DNA of 64,000 nucleotides from Strigamia acuminata. Its lineage: Eukaryota. Position 1 is the first letter of the stretch, and the number at the start of each line of letters is the position of its first letter. Location of the stretch: contig OX442314.1 of assembly GCA_949358305.1 (NCBI GenBank), positions 18,104,001-18,168,000 on the forward strand. The letters run 5' to 3'. Below are positions 41,232 to 55,120 of this stretch, one piece after another. A program made the translations under genes and the position numbers. The notes under the pieces were generated by a model that made no database searches, was not told the origin of the DNA, and saw only the letters and a program-made list of their open reading frames with translations.

Positions 41232-44213
41232 CTCCGACTTTTTAAAAATTGGAAAAAAAAATTTACCGAGGCTAAAAATTGCATAATTTTTATAAATTCT
41301 ATTTCTGTTATAATCATGAGTTTTTTTTAGTATGTACTTACGGACCTTTAAAAGTTTTTTATTTTTTATTTTTTTTAAACAAAAAAAAAAAATGTTATTG
41401 TAGTTTGTTTATATTTTATTTGAGTTAATTTTATATACAGTGAAAGTAAATTCACCGGATGTTATTGATGTATTTCGGACACATTTTCTTGGCTCGAAAC
41501 TGATGATTGTCTTTTGTTTTAGGCGTACATTACTGGTCCCCTGTGGAAATCAGTTAAAAAGTTGGTGTCAGCATTTTTTACATTGCTATGATACCCATAT
41601 ACGGTACATCTTTAGTAGGCTCAGGGAAACTTACTTCCCCAATTACTACATCCCGGTGAGAATATTTCTCATTAATTAATTTATTGTCTATTTCAAATTA
41701 ATCAAATTGAATGCCTTGTTTAGTAGAATGTGAATCACCATTAAATCCAACGGATTTGTACTTTTTAATCCAATTTTATACAATTTATACATACAAAATT
41801 TAAAAAAAAAAAATATTAATTTTCCTTTTCAAAAGCCACCAGGGGAAGAAAAATAAAAGCTATAGAGGCTATAAAGAGCCAAGATAAATCTGTAAACTAT
41901 ATTATTAATTATTGACTAGTAAAAACTATATTGTATTTACTGTATTTCCGGATTTTATTAAACAACAACACACGTCACACTGCAAAGCAATCAATCAATA
42001 CAAAAAACCTATAAAACTCCACGAATACACAATGTCAATAGAATTCCATGAAAATTGCTCGGGAAACGATTAAACGAGGAGGCTAAGTATTTTAGCTGCT
42101 ACATTCATATTATTTACCATTGTAACTAATGAGGCCGGTGGAGCTTTCCCATCTATAGTGTGTATTGCATAAAAGAGCATTGTGTAGGAGGAGACAGCCC
42201 ATCAGATTTAGAGGAAGAGGTAACCTCAATTTTTTATATTAGATAAGCACACAAAACGACATTCCTACAGACACAATTGGCTCGTCTCCTGGACTCCTGG
42301 TTCGGGCAACCAGCAAACTAGCAACCGAACTACTGAATTGAATATTACTAGATCGAATTCGTTTTATGGGTGTGGACGGTTTGCGATTTAGCACGGGTAA
42401 AAAGCTATCAAAGTTTGTGAAACATTTACACAGGTGTGCTGTGCCCACAGTCACAGCTCACAGTGTCGCCAGAGTGTCTCTCGAGTAGAGGTCTAGAGGA
42501 GACTAACTGCTAACTTTTTGCCCACGGTTCAAGGCCAAGACTTGGCTAAAGAAAGGGCCACCTACCTTGAGATCCGTCATCAAAGGTCAATCCACTTTGA
42601 AGAAAAAAGCAGTGTATGTCACTCACCTGCAGATCAACAACAGCTTCAATTTTCAGGTATGATTTACCTATTTAGAACATTGTTTCCATTTGTTATTGAT
42701 GGCAGCATCGTGATTGGCATTTTCACACCTTAAAATCCTGGAGGAGGAAAAAGAAAGAGGGAAATGAGTTTCTTTGAGGTTTCTTAGAATTTGATGGCGG
42801 GAAATGAGGGCGTTGCACAATAGAATCATTATACGACATTTTGAAATTTTGAAATTGAATATTTTGTATTTTCCTTAGCTAGTGATTTGTAAATATTTGT
42901 CTCAAGTTTATACGATTTGTTAGGTGCTCACGGCTGTTTATGCCCTCATATAACAAGTTGTATTAAAATTCCAAGAATATATTGCTCCACTCTTTATTTA
43001 TTCTAAAGCTTTGCATTATCTGTAGATGTAAATACTGTTATCACTAGTTGGGTGTTTTTCGTGTCAAGGAGTTTGCAGACTTGACAGTTATCGCAATTTT
43101 ATAGCTGAGTATTTATTCTTTGATGGGCATTTTCTATTATTTTTTCTTTTAAATTTTGTCAATGCTTAATGTCCTTGTTATGTGTTGATTCCCGTGCAAT
43201 ATTTTTGCATGCTTTAAAATTTGTGCTAATTACGGTCTTTAAAATGTTTCGCTCGATTAGAAGAATTTGCAAATAAATTATATTTTTTTGCTATTTTATT
43301 TTAATTGCATTCACAGGTAGATGCTGAGACAAGTCATTTGCGACTCGAGCGACAATGAAAACACACGTGGAAAACACATATACGGTGAATTCAAAACCGT
43401 GCAGTTTGACTTCAACGTTACGTAACGGTAAGTCGTGATAAACAAAGTCGTAAAAAGTTCATTATTTTCTTTTCAACGGAGTGGTGGGTGGTTGTAAGAG
43501 CTGTAATCAACGATTAAATAAAAAGCAAATAGTCACCTGAATATGCAGTTCTGCCTCGAGTTCTGCAGGAATCCAAACACATTTAAACTTCCACCGGAAT
43601 ACAGAAAACCCGAAATTGTTATTATCAATACACTGAAATAGGAAAATTTTTTAATATTTAAGCAAAAAATAATTACACCATCTGAAAATGCTTTTTAAAT
43701 TTTATGACGCTTAATTGAAATTTAATTTTCCACATTAGTTCTTCAAGGTTATTCCACTATTCCGCTATTGCTGCTGATACATCGATAGGCTTACGTCTAG
43801 TTGTGCAGCGTGGTGAAATCATTCGGTTGCAATCGTGTTGAAATCAAATCGCACAGTTCCATTTCATTAATTTTTTTATTTTAACTTTTCACTTGAACGA
43901 AAATTCAGAGGATGGAATTATATGGAATGTAAATATGTTTTTTAAAACACATTTTACCCAAAAGATTTACAATTGCAGTATTCTTGAAAAACGCAGTTTC
44001 AAATTTCTCCTTATTCTCCCCACCTAATTTTCTATTTACCTAGAACAACTGCTTTTTCGTCACACGCTGTTTCAGTGATTAAGGAATCGGAAATGATCTG
44101 TTCCGCGCTTAGCTGAGACTTACTCATCTCGGGGTTAGTGTGATTCTGACAGAAAAAGCAAGGGAGAGTCAAAACATTATATAGTTGAAACTGAAATTGT
44201 GATAACATACGAA

Positions 44214-47200
44214 ATGGGAGAAATAGTAGGTTTTGTCCGGAATGTCTACAATCGAGTTACCTTTGCAAAGAGACCAGGGAAAAGGGAAAAAGTTTCTTTA
44301 CTTCATAGTAAGTATTCAGCACCAATTTTAACATTTTTTTATGTTTTAAAAATCAAGTGAAAAAATGCTGAAAGTGTTGCTTCATTTTTAATATATTTTT
44401 AATACGTTTTTAATACGCAATTTATTTTTGTTTTTGTTTTTATTTATTTTTTTATAATTATTTCTGTCAAGGCTACGGGTATGCTGTTGTTACATAAATA
44501 CACAATGTTTTAATTTTCTTTAGGAAAGGAAAGGAAATCATTTATTGGATCTCAACCACCGCCAATTAGAAAAGGAATTGATTATGTTAATGTGGGATGC
44601 GAAGAACAAATGGTAAATTTCAATACAGAAATGAATGAATAGAAATTAAAGATAAATGATCAATACAGGAGATATTTGGTTTTGTCGAAGATAAATTTCG
44701 TAATGTTATCACATGGATGTTTATGGTGTGTAGTCTGTTTATTCTTCGATTAATATTTCATTGGAAACCAGAATGGATGCTGAGATGTACTCACGTGAGA
44801 TGCAATTTGGATAAAGCCACTAAATTGTTATTGGTGGTGAGTAATTACTGAATTAATTGGCCCTAGTAGTTTAGTAATTATTTTTTACTTCTTGTAGAAT
44901 CATTTCAAGAAAATTTATGTGGAAATTGTCCAAATCGTTCGAAGTGGAGAATTACTGTACGTTTTGCGCAGTCATTGCGTCTAATCATCAATTTGCAATT
45001 TTTGTAATTTTCTTTTAAAAAAAATTTCTAGCGATGATGAAAGAAAAAGTTCGTCTCAATTACTTAATAATCTAGCCAGAAAAGAACTGAACCTCGTTCT
45101 TCCAAGACCAGATGTAAATTTGCACCCAATTATGATGACGCCATGTAATATAATTTGATAATTGATCTATTAGGGCACTTATCAAGAAGTGGCAGCCATT
45201 CGTTATTTTACTAATAAAAGCTGCATTTACATATGGAATAGAGAAACGAGCGAATTTGAAAAATTGGAAGGACTAGATTATGTTTCTTGCTCTTTTTTTT
45301 ATACTCAGAAAGGGTTATCTCAGGATAACCAACAGCAACGGTATTCAATGTATACGGCCTTTAATAGATTATATTATAATGTTTTCAATTTCTGTGTTTA
45401 GACGTGCAATTTATGGAAAAAACAGTATTGTAGTTCCTGTACAGAGCGTCATCAGACTTCTCTTCTTGGAGGTTTTTTTGTTGAATTGATTTTGATAATA
45501 TAAACATAATTAATTATTAAATTATTTTTAGGTTCTCAATCCATTTTATGTCTTCCAAGTGTTCAGTGTTTGTTTATGGTTTGCAGAACACTACTATTAC
45601 TATGCGACGTGCATTATAATCATGTCTGCTTTCTCTGTTGGAGCTACAGTTGTACAAACAAGATCCGTACGACATTACGATTAAAATTCTGTATAGGCAG
45701 AATATTTCATTGTTTATTAATTTTTTTAAAATTTTAATTTTAGAATCAAAAGGCTCTTTGTAACACCGTCCAATCGTCTGATATTGTCACAGTGTGTAGG
45801 GGAAGAAACAGTTGAGTTTTAAAAAAAAATTATTTTTAGTTTTTAATTTTAATATCTAAATTTAACGAACAGCATATGAAGAAATTCCGTCTGAGTTATT
45901 AACCCCAGGTGATGTAATTGTAATTCCTTCCCACGGATGTATGATGTACTGTGACGCTGTACTTATAAGTGGGAACTGCATCGTGAACGAAAGCATGTTG
46001 ACAGGAGAAAGTGTCCCAGTGACCAAAACGCCCATTCCTAACCCAGTCGTGTTGATGTCTCACCAGGACGAGGCATTTCAACCCAAAGAACACGCAAAAC
46101 ACACCCTCTTCTCGGGTACAAAAATCATTCAAACCCGTTATTATGGTAGCGAGAAGGTGAAGGCTGTGGTTATTCGCACTGGTAATAAGATAATTAACCC
46201 GTGTCAAATACAAAATGACATTTGTAAACATTTGTGTTTCATTTGTAGGGTTCATGACGTGCAAAGGAGAACTTGTGCGCTCAATCATGTATCCAAAACC
46301 TTTGGATTTTAAATTCCAACGGGATTCTTACCGATTCGTTGGGTTACTTTGTGGGGTTGCGGTTATTGGTTTTTTGTATACAATCGTATTAAAGGTTTGT
46401 AAGCAAACAAATTAAATTAAATTAACAAGCTGGGATTTAATAATATATTTGTCCAGGTAATGAATGGGACACCACCTGGAGATATAGCTTTGGACGCCCT
46501 GGACCTAATAACAATCGTGGTACCGCCTGCCTTACCTGCTGCCATGACAGTGGGCACCGCATACGCTCAAGCTAGACTTCGCAAAAGCAACATTTACTGC
46601 ATCATCCCGAGTGCTATAAATATTAGTGGTTGCTTGAACTGCGTTTGTTTCGACAAAGTAATTGAAGTTTTCTGTCGTTTCCCTCGATTGATTAATTAAT
46701 TCGTGTGTGTAGACAGGGACGTTAACTGAAGATGGTTTGGATATGTGGGGAGTTGTTCCCACCAATAATAAACAGTAGGTGCAATAGGTGATAATGTAAA
46801 TATAAGTTCATATAAAATTCTGTTATTTACAGATTTCAGGAACCAGTTAACAACATCCAGTTGCTAGACTCGCTCAAGTTAATGATTGGCATGGCAACGT
46901 GCCATTCATTGACCATAATTGAACGCCAGTTATGCGGAGATCCTTTGGATCTGAAAATGTTCGAAGCAACTGATTGGGCAAGACGCATAATGTCTAAATT
47001 GTGTGTAACGACAAAATAAATTGGAAATTTGTTACAGATCCTTGAAGAACCTGAAATTGATGAAACTAACAAATTCGACATCATAACACCAACTGTTGTC
47101 AAACCGAGGCAACAGAAGACTCAGTACGTCAATGACAGTACGCAGGTGCATTGATCCCTTTGCCACCTGTCAATCACTTTAGGTCTTCATTAATTCTTTG

Positions 47201-50200
47201 TCATTTTTCGTACAGATACAAGAAGAAAACCTCGAGATTGGCATCGTGCGGCAGTTCACGTTCTCATCGTCTTTACAACGGATGAGTGTTATTACTCGTG
47301 TGCTTGGAGCACATCAATTTGAGATATACACTAAGGGCTCCCCAGAGATGATTGCGACTCTTTGCAATCAGGAAACCGTCCCCGATAATTTTTCACACGT
47401 CCTAATGAATTACACGCAAAGTGGCTACAGGGTATTGGCGCTTGCAACTCGACCGTTGCCTAAGATGAGTTACGCTAAAGTTCAGAGAATCTCGCGGGAA
47501 CAAGTGGAATGTAATCTCATTTTTTTGGGTCTGTTGGTCATGGAAAACCGGTTGAAACCAGAAACTACTCCCATCATTCAGATGCTTCAAAAGGCGAACA
47601 TTCGGTCGGTCATGGTTACCGGTAATAACTTATCGAGTTAATCGATTTCGAATGCACGGTTAATTCGCTCTTTATTATAGGCGACAATATGTTGACTGCC
47701 CTTAGTGTTGCCAGGGATTGTGAAATGATTGAAAAGAACGAACACGTGATTTTGGTAAATGCATTTCGCCATCCAGACTCTCTTTCGAACGTGGTTCAGT
47801 TTTCCTATGCGGAAATGCCAGAGCAGGTGGTGGAAGAAATTGGATATGTGGCTAAAGTAAACAATTTTTTTAAACAAAAATCGAGTAAATGCATTTTTTT
47901 CAAACATTTTTTACGTTTTTGCAGCCAGATGCCAGCACAACTGTCGTGATAGAGGAACGAGGAGAAAAGTTTCATTTTGCTCTTACTGGGAAGTCATTTG
48001 CAATTATAAGAGAGCATTTTCCCGAGCTTATTCCTAAACTAATAGTGCGAGGCACAGTATTCTCTCGGATGTCCCCGGATCAGAAGAAGCAGCTGATCGA
48101 GCTTCTACAAGAACTTGGTTACTACGTGGGCATGTGTGGTGATGGGGCTAATGATTGTGGGGTAATTGTACTTTATAATTAATGCTTTGTTTTTTTACTG
48201 ACAGAATTACATCAACTTTATTTCAGGCACTGAAAGCTGCACACGCTGGTTTAAGTCTTTCTGAAGCGGAGGCTTCAGTGGCGTCGCCGTTCACCTCCAA
48301 GGAGCCAAATATCTCGTGTGTTCCAACATTGATTCGGGAAGGACGGGCTGCTTTGGTTACCTCGTTTGGTATTTTCAAGTATATGGCGTGCTACAGTTTC
48401 ACCCAGTTCGTTTCTGTCACGATTTTATATTCGGTAATTTATATGAATTTAAATTATCGTTATTTGCTTATTAATTTTTTTTATAATAACAGATAGAATC
48501 AAACTTAACGGACATGGAGTTTTTGTACATTGACCTGTTTATTATTGCATTATTGGCTGCAGCTTGTGAGTTGTTTATGAAGGAACACGATATTGGAAAT
48601 CGCCGAATCGGGGCGAAACTTTGTTCAAAAATTTAAATTTAAATTTAAAAAAAATGCAATTTGGTGTTTTCAATGTGTGGTTCCTTATTAAGGCAATTAC
48701 TTATCAGTGTTTTAAAATGTGAAATATATTCGCAGTTGGTCGAACTAAACCGTATCCAGCTTTGGTACGAAAACCACCTCCTTCCAGTCTAATTAGCTTC
48801 ACTCCTCTTGCATCCATTACTCTGCAAATGGTGCTCATGATTAGTGTGCAAGCATTAGCCTTTTTTTTTGTACGACAACAACCATGGTAAAATATGTTCG
48901 AACTATTATTGGGTGTTAATTTGACAATTTAATATCTTTTCAAAGGTATTCACCGCACATGCCTAAATCGACAAATGATCTCCAGTGCTTCGAAAATTAT
49001 GCTGTGTTTGGGGTGAGCACCTTTCAGTACATAACGCTGGCCGTCGTGTTTGCTAAAGGAGCACCTTATCGGAAAACAATATTTTCTAATTGTAATTTGT
49101 AACTCATGAATTGACCGATTGATTTGGAATATTGCTCAACCAATTTCTTCCATTTTTAGATTTTTTACTTGGATCACTGACCGGTTTAACAATCTTTACG
49201 ACTTATATAATTGTTTATCCACACGAGTGGTTTATTAAATTACTCGAGGTATTATTTGACATCGACATAGGCGAAATTCCGACTACAATTTTTCGATTAA
49301 TTTTCAGTTGAAAATTGCGCCCGTTTTCGAGTTTCGGCTTCTGCTGGTGGCCATAGCTGCGGCCAATTTCTTAGTGTGCCTAATTTGTGAGGTGAGTCAT
49401 AAATTATTTATTCCGACCAACGGATAATTCGTGCTCTAATTAACCGCCTCTATTTCTCTTATCTAGTCTGTGATCATCAGTCAATGTCTATTCCTTGCTC
49501 TCCACCGCCGATTCAGTTTCCTGCAACCAAGTTGCGAGTATATTAACATTGAGCAAGAAATTAAAAATTCCCCCGAATGGCCCCCAGTAACAAAAGATGT
49601 CAGTATAATGGATTTAGTGACCCCTCCAGATCGCACAGCTTGCATAATGGAAGACGACCTAGACTCAAGCTGCGACAGCAAACATCGCTCTCTATCGAGC
49701 TCGGTCAATCATTCCACTTATATTACGTTTTCTCTATCACGGAGAGCGACCACAGGCAGTAGCGGATCATCAGGCTTCGTTAAAGGGAACCACATTACTG
49801 GTGACAACAAGAGTCCATTTTTAACCAATGGAATTAAAACAAAAAACCACTTCAAACAAAGAAGCTACTCCGAAGGAGATTCTGCATGCCATAATCTAGA
49901 TATTACGCCGTTTCAAAGGCTAAATGCGCTCAGTGTAACCCCAGAATTGCATTCTACAGATCTATCGCCTTGGCTGCCTGTCCAACATTTACAGCAGGGC
50001 GATTGCAGTAGCGTTAACAGGAATCCGCCAGCATCTGTGGAGGCCCTGGATTCGCTGGCCACTCTATCCTCCTCATCTTTCCCTAGTGAAATTCCTTTAG
50101 CAACAATTTTCTCTTCTGCGAATAGCGAGAGATGCGAAGTTAGTTCTGAAAATTCTCCGAATTCAATTCCTCAGCCATCACCTCATGTATCATCGATCTC

Positions 50201-50237
50201 CCTTCAAAACGAGACTGAACTGACTTTGCACATATAA
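44214..50237 (+). CDS. ATP13A3: P5B-type ATPase (ATP13A2/ATP13A3-like, polyamine-transporting)
   Basis: [43 protein letters not shown] (catalytic Asp), [26 protein letters not shown] and the P5B-specific [10 protein letters not shown]. The exon at 44214 splices in phase 1 to 44524; alternative upstream first exons are likely. Confidence 0.93.
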
Positions 50238-50521
50238 AAAGCAAGTTATACACACAGTAGTTAAATGAAAAATGGTTTTTCTTTTCTACTTTTTTTGACA
50301 ATATATAACTTTTAGTTGATTATGTATACAGATAAAAATTTGCACTTGAGAAAAATGCAGATGGAAGACGGCGAGCCGTACTTACATTTGTCATTCCACT
50401 TGGTGAAAAACCACCATTTTACACGTTCACTAACAATTTATATAACTCCTTTTTCAATAGATGTATAAAACTTTTAAATTCATTCAAAAATAAAATATGC
50501 AATCCTTTAAACGTCTCCTAA

Positions 50522-53361
50522 TCAACTGACATTCGGGGAACTCGCCACTGGAAGACCACCTTGCTGCTTTTTTCCTTCGTTGCTTTCCTTAATGCCGTAA
50601 AACGCGTAAATAAGTAACCCTTAAAAAAATTAATTGCATTTTAGTGAAAGATGTCGGGAGCATCCAGTCGAAATGTGAACTCACCAACTATTAACCACAC
50701 AAAGAAACGAATCCAAGTTGGTCCCGATAGTTTCAACATCAAAAACACATTTATAAAAATACTTAGTGCTGGTATAAAAGGGACCAATGGCACCTGAAAT
50801 CATTGGGAATAAGAGAACATTTACAAAATGGACAGAAAATAAAAATATGAAATAAATTTACTTTGAATGACAGTGTATCATGATTTTGCGGTTGCAAGCA
50901 CAAACTGATAAGTACAACGATCAAAAGTACGATAAACATAGATAATATTAATATTGCCCATAAGGCTTGCGAGACGAGAAATTTCTCCAAAAAGATTATA
51001 CAAGCACCAACACACACCGATAAACCACCTAGAAACAAAATTTGCAATTTGTTAGAATTCATTCGGTGAGATAATTTGGCTATTCCTCCTTATTCCTTAC
51101 CAAACAAAAGGACATTAAGCTTGGCAACTGTAAACGACTGCAGATTCGTCGAGGTATAACGATCCACATTAAAGTATTGCCGCATTACGCTTCTAAATGT
51201 TACTGAACTCGATGGAATGATAGGCTGATCATCCTTATCAGATTCTCCGTTTACACTAGTTTCCAAGTGTACATCAGAACCGGATTCATTCCCAAACCCA
51301 AATCTACAAATCAATAATTACTTTAGGAAATGATTACGAACGAAATAAAATAAAAATCTGTTAGTAATAAACAAAAAACCGAGAAAGGACAATTGTTAAA
51401 AGTGCTTACTCATCATCTTGTAACAGAGGAGTGTATACGGAGTTATAAACAGGTAGTTCTGAAAAATGATATCTGACGCAACAAAACACAGTGAAACACA
51501 GTGACGACCAAACAAATACAAAAAGGTTTAAATGTATCATTTTACCTAAGCATGAGTACCGATGCGGCCACCAATGTGTACGCCATAAGTGTTCCAATAG
51601 ACATCATATCCATCAGTTCTTTCAAGCTAAATATCATAGCCATAAACCCTAGTAATAAAAACAAGTTTAAACACTCACAGAAGCAATTTTTCTATGACAA
51701 TTTATACGTACCAGCAAAAAAGCCCGCTAATAAAGTAGCGAGGAAAGGAGTCTTGAAACGTGGGTGAACTTTGGCTAGAAAACGGAACAACAACCCGTCG
51801 GTGGCCATTGCGTACAAAATTCTTGGTAAAGGAAACATTGCACCGAGAAGACTGGTTGAGAGACCCGTTAGGGCTCCCACAAGAACGAACCATTTTGCAA
51901 AAGTCGAACCGGTTTTTTCAAACGCATAGGGAATCGGAGCGATCTCGTTTTGGTCGTAGTACGGTAGCATGAGTGTAAGTACAGTTGAAATGCCAAAATA
52001 CGCACAAAATATAAACACCAGTGACGATATTATGCTCACGGGAATGGCTCGTCTTGGATTTTTCACTTCTTCACCTAAAATTGTAAAAATTTATTTATTA
52101 TTCCAGTGTAAATATATTTTTTGACATTTTTTTACCAGTTGTTGCTATAATGTCAAATCCAACAAAACCATAAAAACACGTCGCAGCTCCCGCCATCATT
52201 CCACTAATTCCGAACGGGAAGAAACCTCCTTCGCCTCCCTTCACGCCAGGTGGAATCTACTCAAATTTTGATTTAAAATGTTTTACATGTCTTTGCATTT
52301 TAACCGAATGTGTAACCACACCTCTGATTTCTTTATATTCCAGTTATGTCCATCACTTTTCATGGCCCCGATTATTACAACGTATAAAACAATCGCTAAG
52401 TTAATTAAAGTGCAAATGTTATTAAATATAGACGATTCCTGAACACCGAGAGACAGAAGAACTAGAAAATAAAAATATATTTGTTATATTTTGTATTTTT
52501 TTTGGGTACGGTACCATACTAACCGGCTAAAAGAACAGTTATTCCAAATGCTAAGAAATCTGGATATGGTGATAGCCAATCCAATTTCATAGGCATCGCG
52601 TGAGTTAATGTATTATTAATCGTATAATTCGTCAAGTAATTTATGTAGCCGCTATAACCACTTGCTACACTAGCAGTTCCTGAAATGATTGATTTTTAAC
52701 GTTAAAACAATTGAGTTTGTCAACTTCATTCCCAAGTGATTCACCTATAACATATTCTAACACTAAATTCCATCCTATGATAAATGCAATTAGTTCTCCG
52801 ACTGTTACGTAGCTGTAAACATATGCAGACCCAGCACGAGGAACTCGAGCACCAAATTCAGCGTAACAAAGACCTTAGAAGAAACCAAGCAGTTGTTAAA
52901 ACGTGTGTAAGCTTATTATCACAGATAAAAAATTAAATTTAGACAACTGCGCAGTTAAATTTGATTCAACGGTACTTTTAGAGTAATTTTTTTGCAACCG
53001 TTGAACCATTTAACTGAACATTCGTACAAATATTGACATTCAACCTGCAAAAACGGAAGCAATTGCCGCTACTAAGAATGATAAAGTAACACTTGGTCCA
53101 GCTTCCTGTTTAGCAACTTGGCCAGCCATCACGTAAATTCCAAGGCCTAAAGTGCTGCCAATACCTGGAAAAAGTGATGTTAAATTAAATTAGCGGTTTA
53201 TTATTTTTAAAACAAATAAATTTACCTAGAGCAGTAAGATCTAAAGTGTTCAAGCATCTGTCTAATGCGGAAGCCTTTACGTCATTTTCTGTAAGGTGCT
53301 TCTTACGTGCAAACTTTGAGTAAAGTAATTTACTCGAAGGGATGAAATCGCGACAACCCAT
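50522..53361 (-). CDS. Cationic amino acid transporter (SLC7A1-3/slimfast-like, multi-exon)
   Basis: FARKK...[118 protein letters not shown] and [13 protein letters not shown] at 53361; TGA at 50524-50522. Confidence 0.93.
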
Positions 53362-53799
53362 TATGAATATTCCAAGTTGGCTTTTAATTACTCGAGCGCC
53401 TAATTAATTGTGCAGAACCAAAATATGACAAATCGAATCACGTTGATCGTAGATTATTGCTGAACAATCATGATAACATTCAACATTCTATTATCTATTT
53501 AGAAGAGAAAAAATTGATTAAAATGACAGTTGACTGACTTTGTATAAAATATATATATATCGTTAAATTCATTGCTTACCAACTGCACTAATCTATTTAA
53601 TCAGACCTTTACGGTCAATGAGATTTCTAAGAAACAATTCTTTAGGCCATGCGTGCATTAATTAACAAAAATGCTAACCGAGAAAAAACGAAATGAAACT
53701 CAACATATGTGTGTCACGTGCCGTGCATCAACTGACCTTAGACCACTCCTCTAACAGCGCATGTCCGGGTTTTACCGGTACCGAGAGACAAACCACATC

Positions 53800-53811
53800 T
53801 GCGCATGCGCA
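53800..53811. promoter_or_regulatory. NRF1/Ewg-type palindromic site between divergent CAT and PCED1 genes
   Basis: Perfect TGCGCATGCGCA about 130 bp upstream of the PCED1 ATG. Confidence 0.5.
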
Positions 53812-53941
53812 AGCATGACCACCAAACGTTTCTACTTTATAACCCGAGATAACCCCTTTCCTAATCTGAGCAATTAGTCAACAAAGTACAACTCGTCACA
53901 CTAGTGCTGGTCACTAGGTCTGGAAGAAACAACTTTGCAAA

Positions 53942-55120
53942 ATGTGTGATGTATTTAGTCATGAAGAAGTTCAAAGTTTGCTTTCGCACAAAAAAGTTGT
54001 CATCATTGGCGATTCACGTAATATTTTAAAGATCGAAACAAATTTATCTCACCTGATTTGGAAAATGTTTTTTATTTTTGCAGACATGAGAGGATTGTAC
54101 AAAGACATAGTTTGCCTTTTAAATAAAAATGAATTATTATCTGAAGCGGATCTAAGGACTAAGGTATAAACAGTTATTTTATTTGTCATGCTACATGTTT
54201 ACGACATTTTATGCACAATTCTTCCAGATGGAACCATCATTTCTGAACGACAAGTTGGTTTATAAATGTTTACCGAAGAATCAACGAGGCCATAAGGAGG
54301 AACGTCAGTTTTGTGACGATCATAATCATCATGTCGATTTCTTTTACGTTACTCGGTGTTACGACGAATACATGGACGAAAAAATTATAAAAAAGTTCGA
54401 AGAAAAGCAACCAGATGTTGTTATTATGAATTCCTGTTACTGGGATATCAAGCGGTGTGTAAATTTGTTTAATTCTTTTATTTTATGTTTTGTTCAATTA
54501 ATTAATTATTGTATTTATTATAGGTCGGGACCGGATGGTATACCCGACTACAAAGAAAATCTCCCCAAGCTAATGAAACGACTTAAAGAAACGTTACAAA
54601 AGAACTGTTTATTTATATGGACTACGGCTATGCCAATAAATCAAGATGTGAACGAGGGACTTGTAATTAAGGACGTTGAATTCGCACGTTATCAACTTCG
54701 GGTGGACTTAATGGAAGCAAATTTCTTTGCTTGGAGCACTGTGACTAAAAATGATTTTGATGTGCTCGATTTGCATTATTACATGCAAACGAATCATCTA
54801 ATGAGGTAAAATAAAGTTAAAATTTTAAAAAATTGTGATTTAATAGTTATTGAAAAATTATTTTCAGGCGAATGAATGATGGGATTAGTTGGATGAATAC
54901 TGCTATGCGTTTTGTCACCAGTTACGTGTTAACTCACATTGCTTTAGCGTGGGGTGTTACGTTACCTGGTCGCGAAAAAAATAAAGAACTCGAATTTATG
55001 AGCAAGAATCCACTTTATCCAGAATTTCCGGCAAGTAAACCAGAAGCGCCAAAAGTAAATCCTCAAAAGACAAATAGGAAAATTTTGCGTCCAATGCGTC
55101 GTCCGCACGATCGTCGTTAG
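53942..55120 (+). CDS. PCED1: PC-esterase domain-containing protein (PCED1/FAM113-like, SGNH fold)
   Basis: KKVVIIGDS.MRGLYKDIVCLL, FFYVTRCY, PDVVIMNSCYWDI, CLFIWTTAMP, FDVLDLHYY, DGISW and LTHIALAWGVTLP. Confidence 0.88.
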
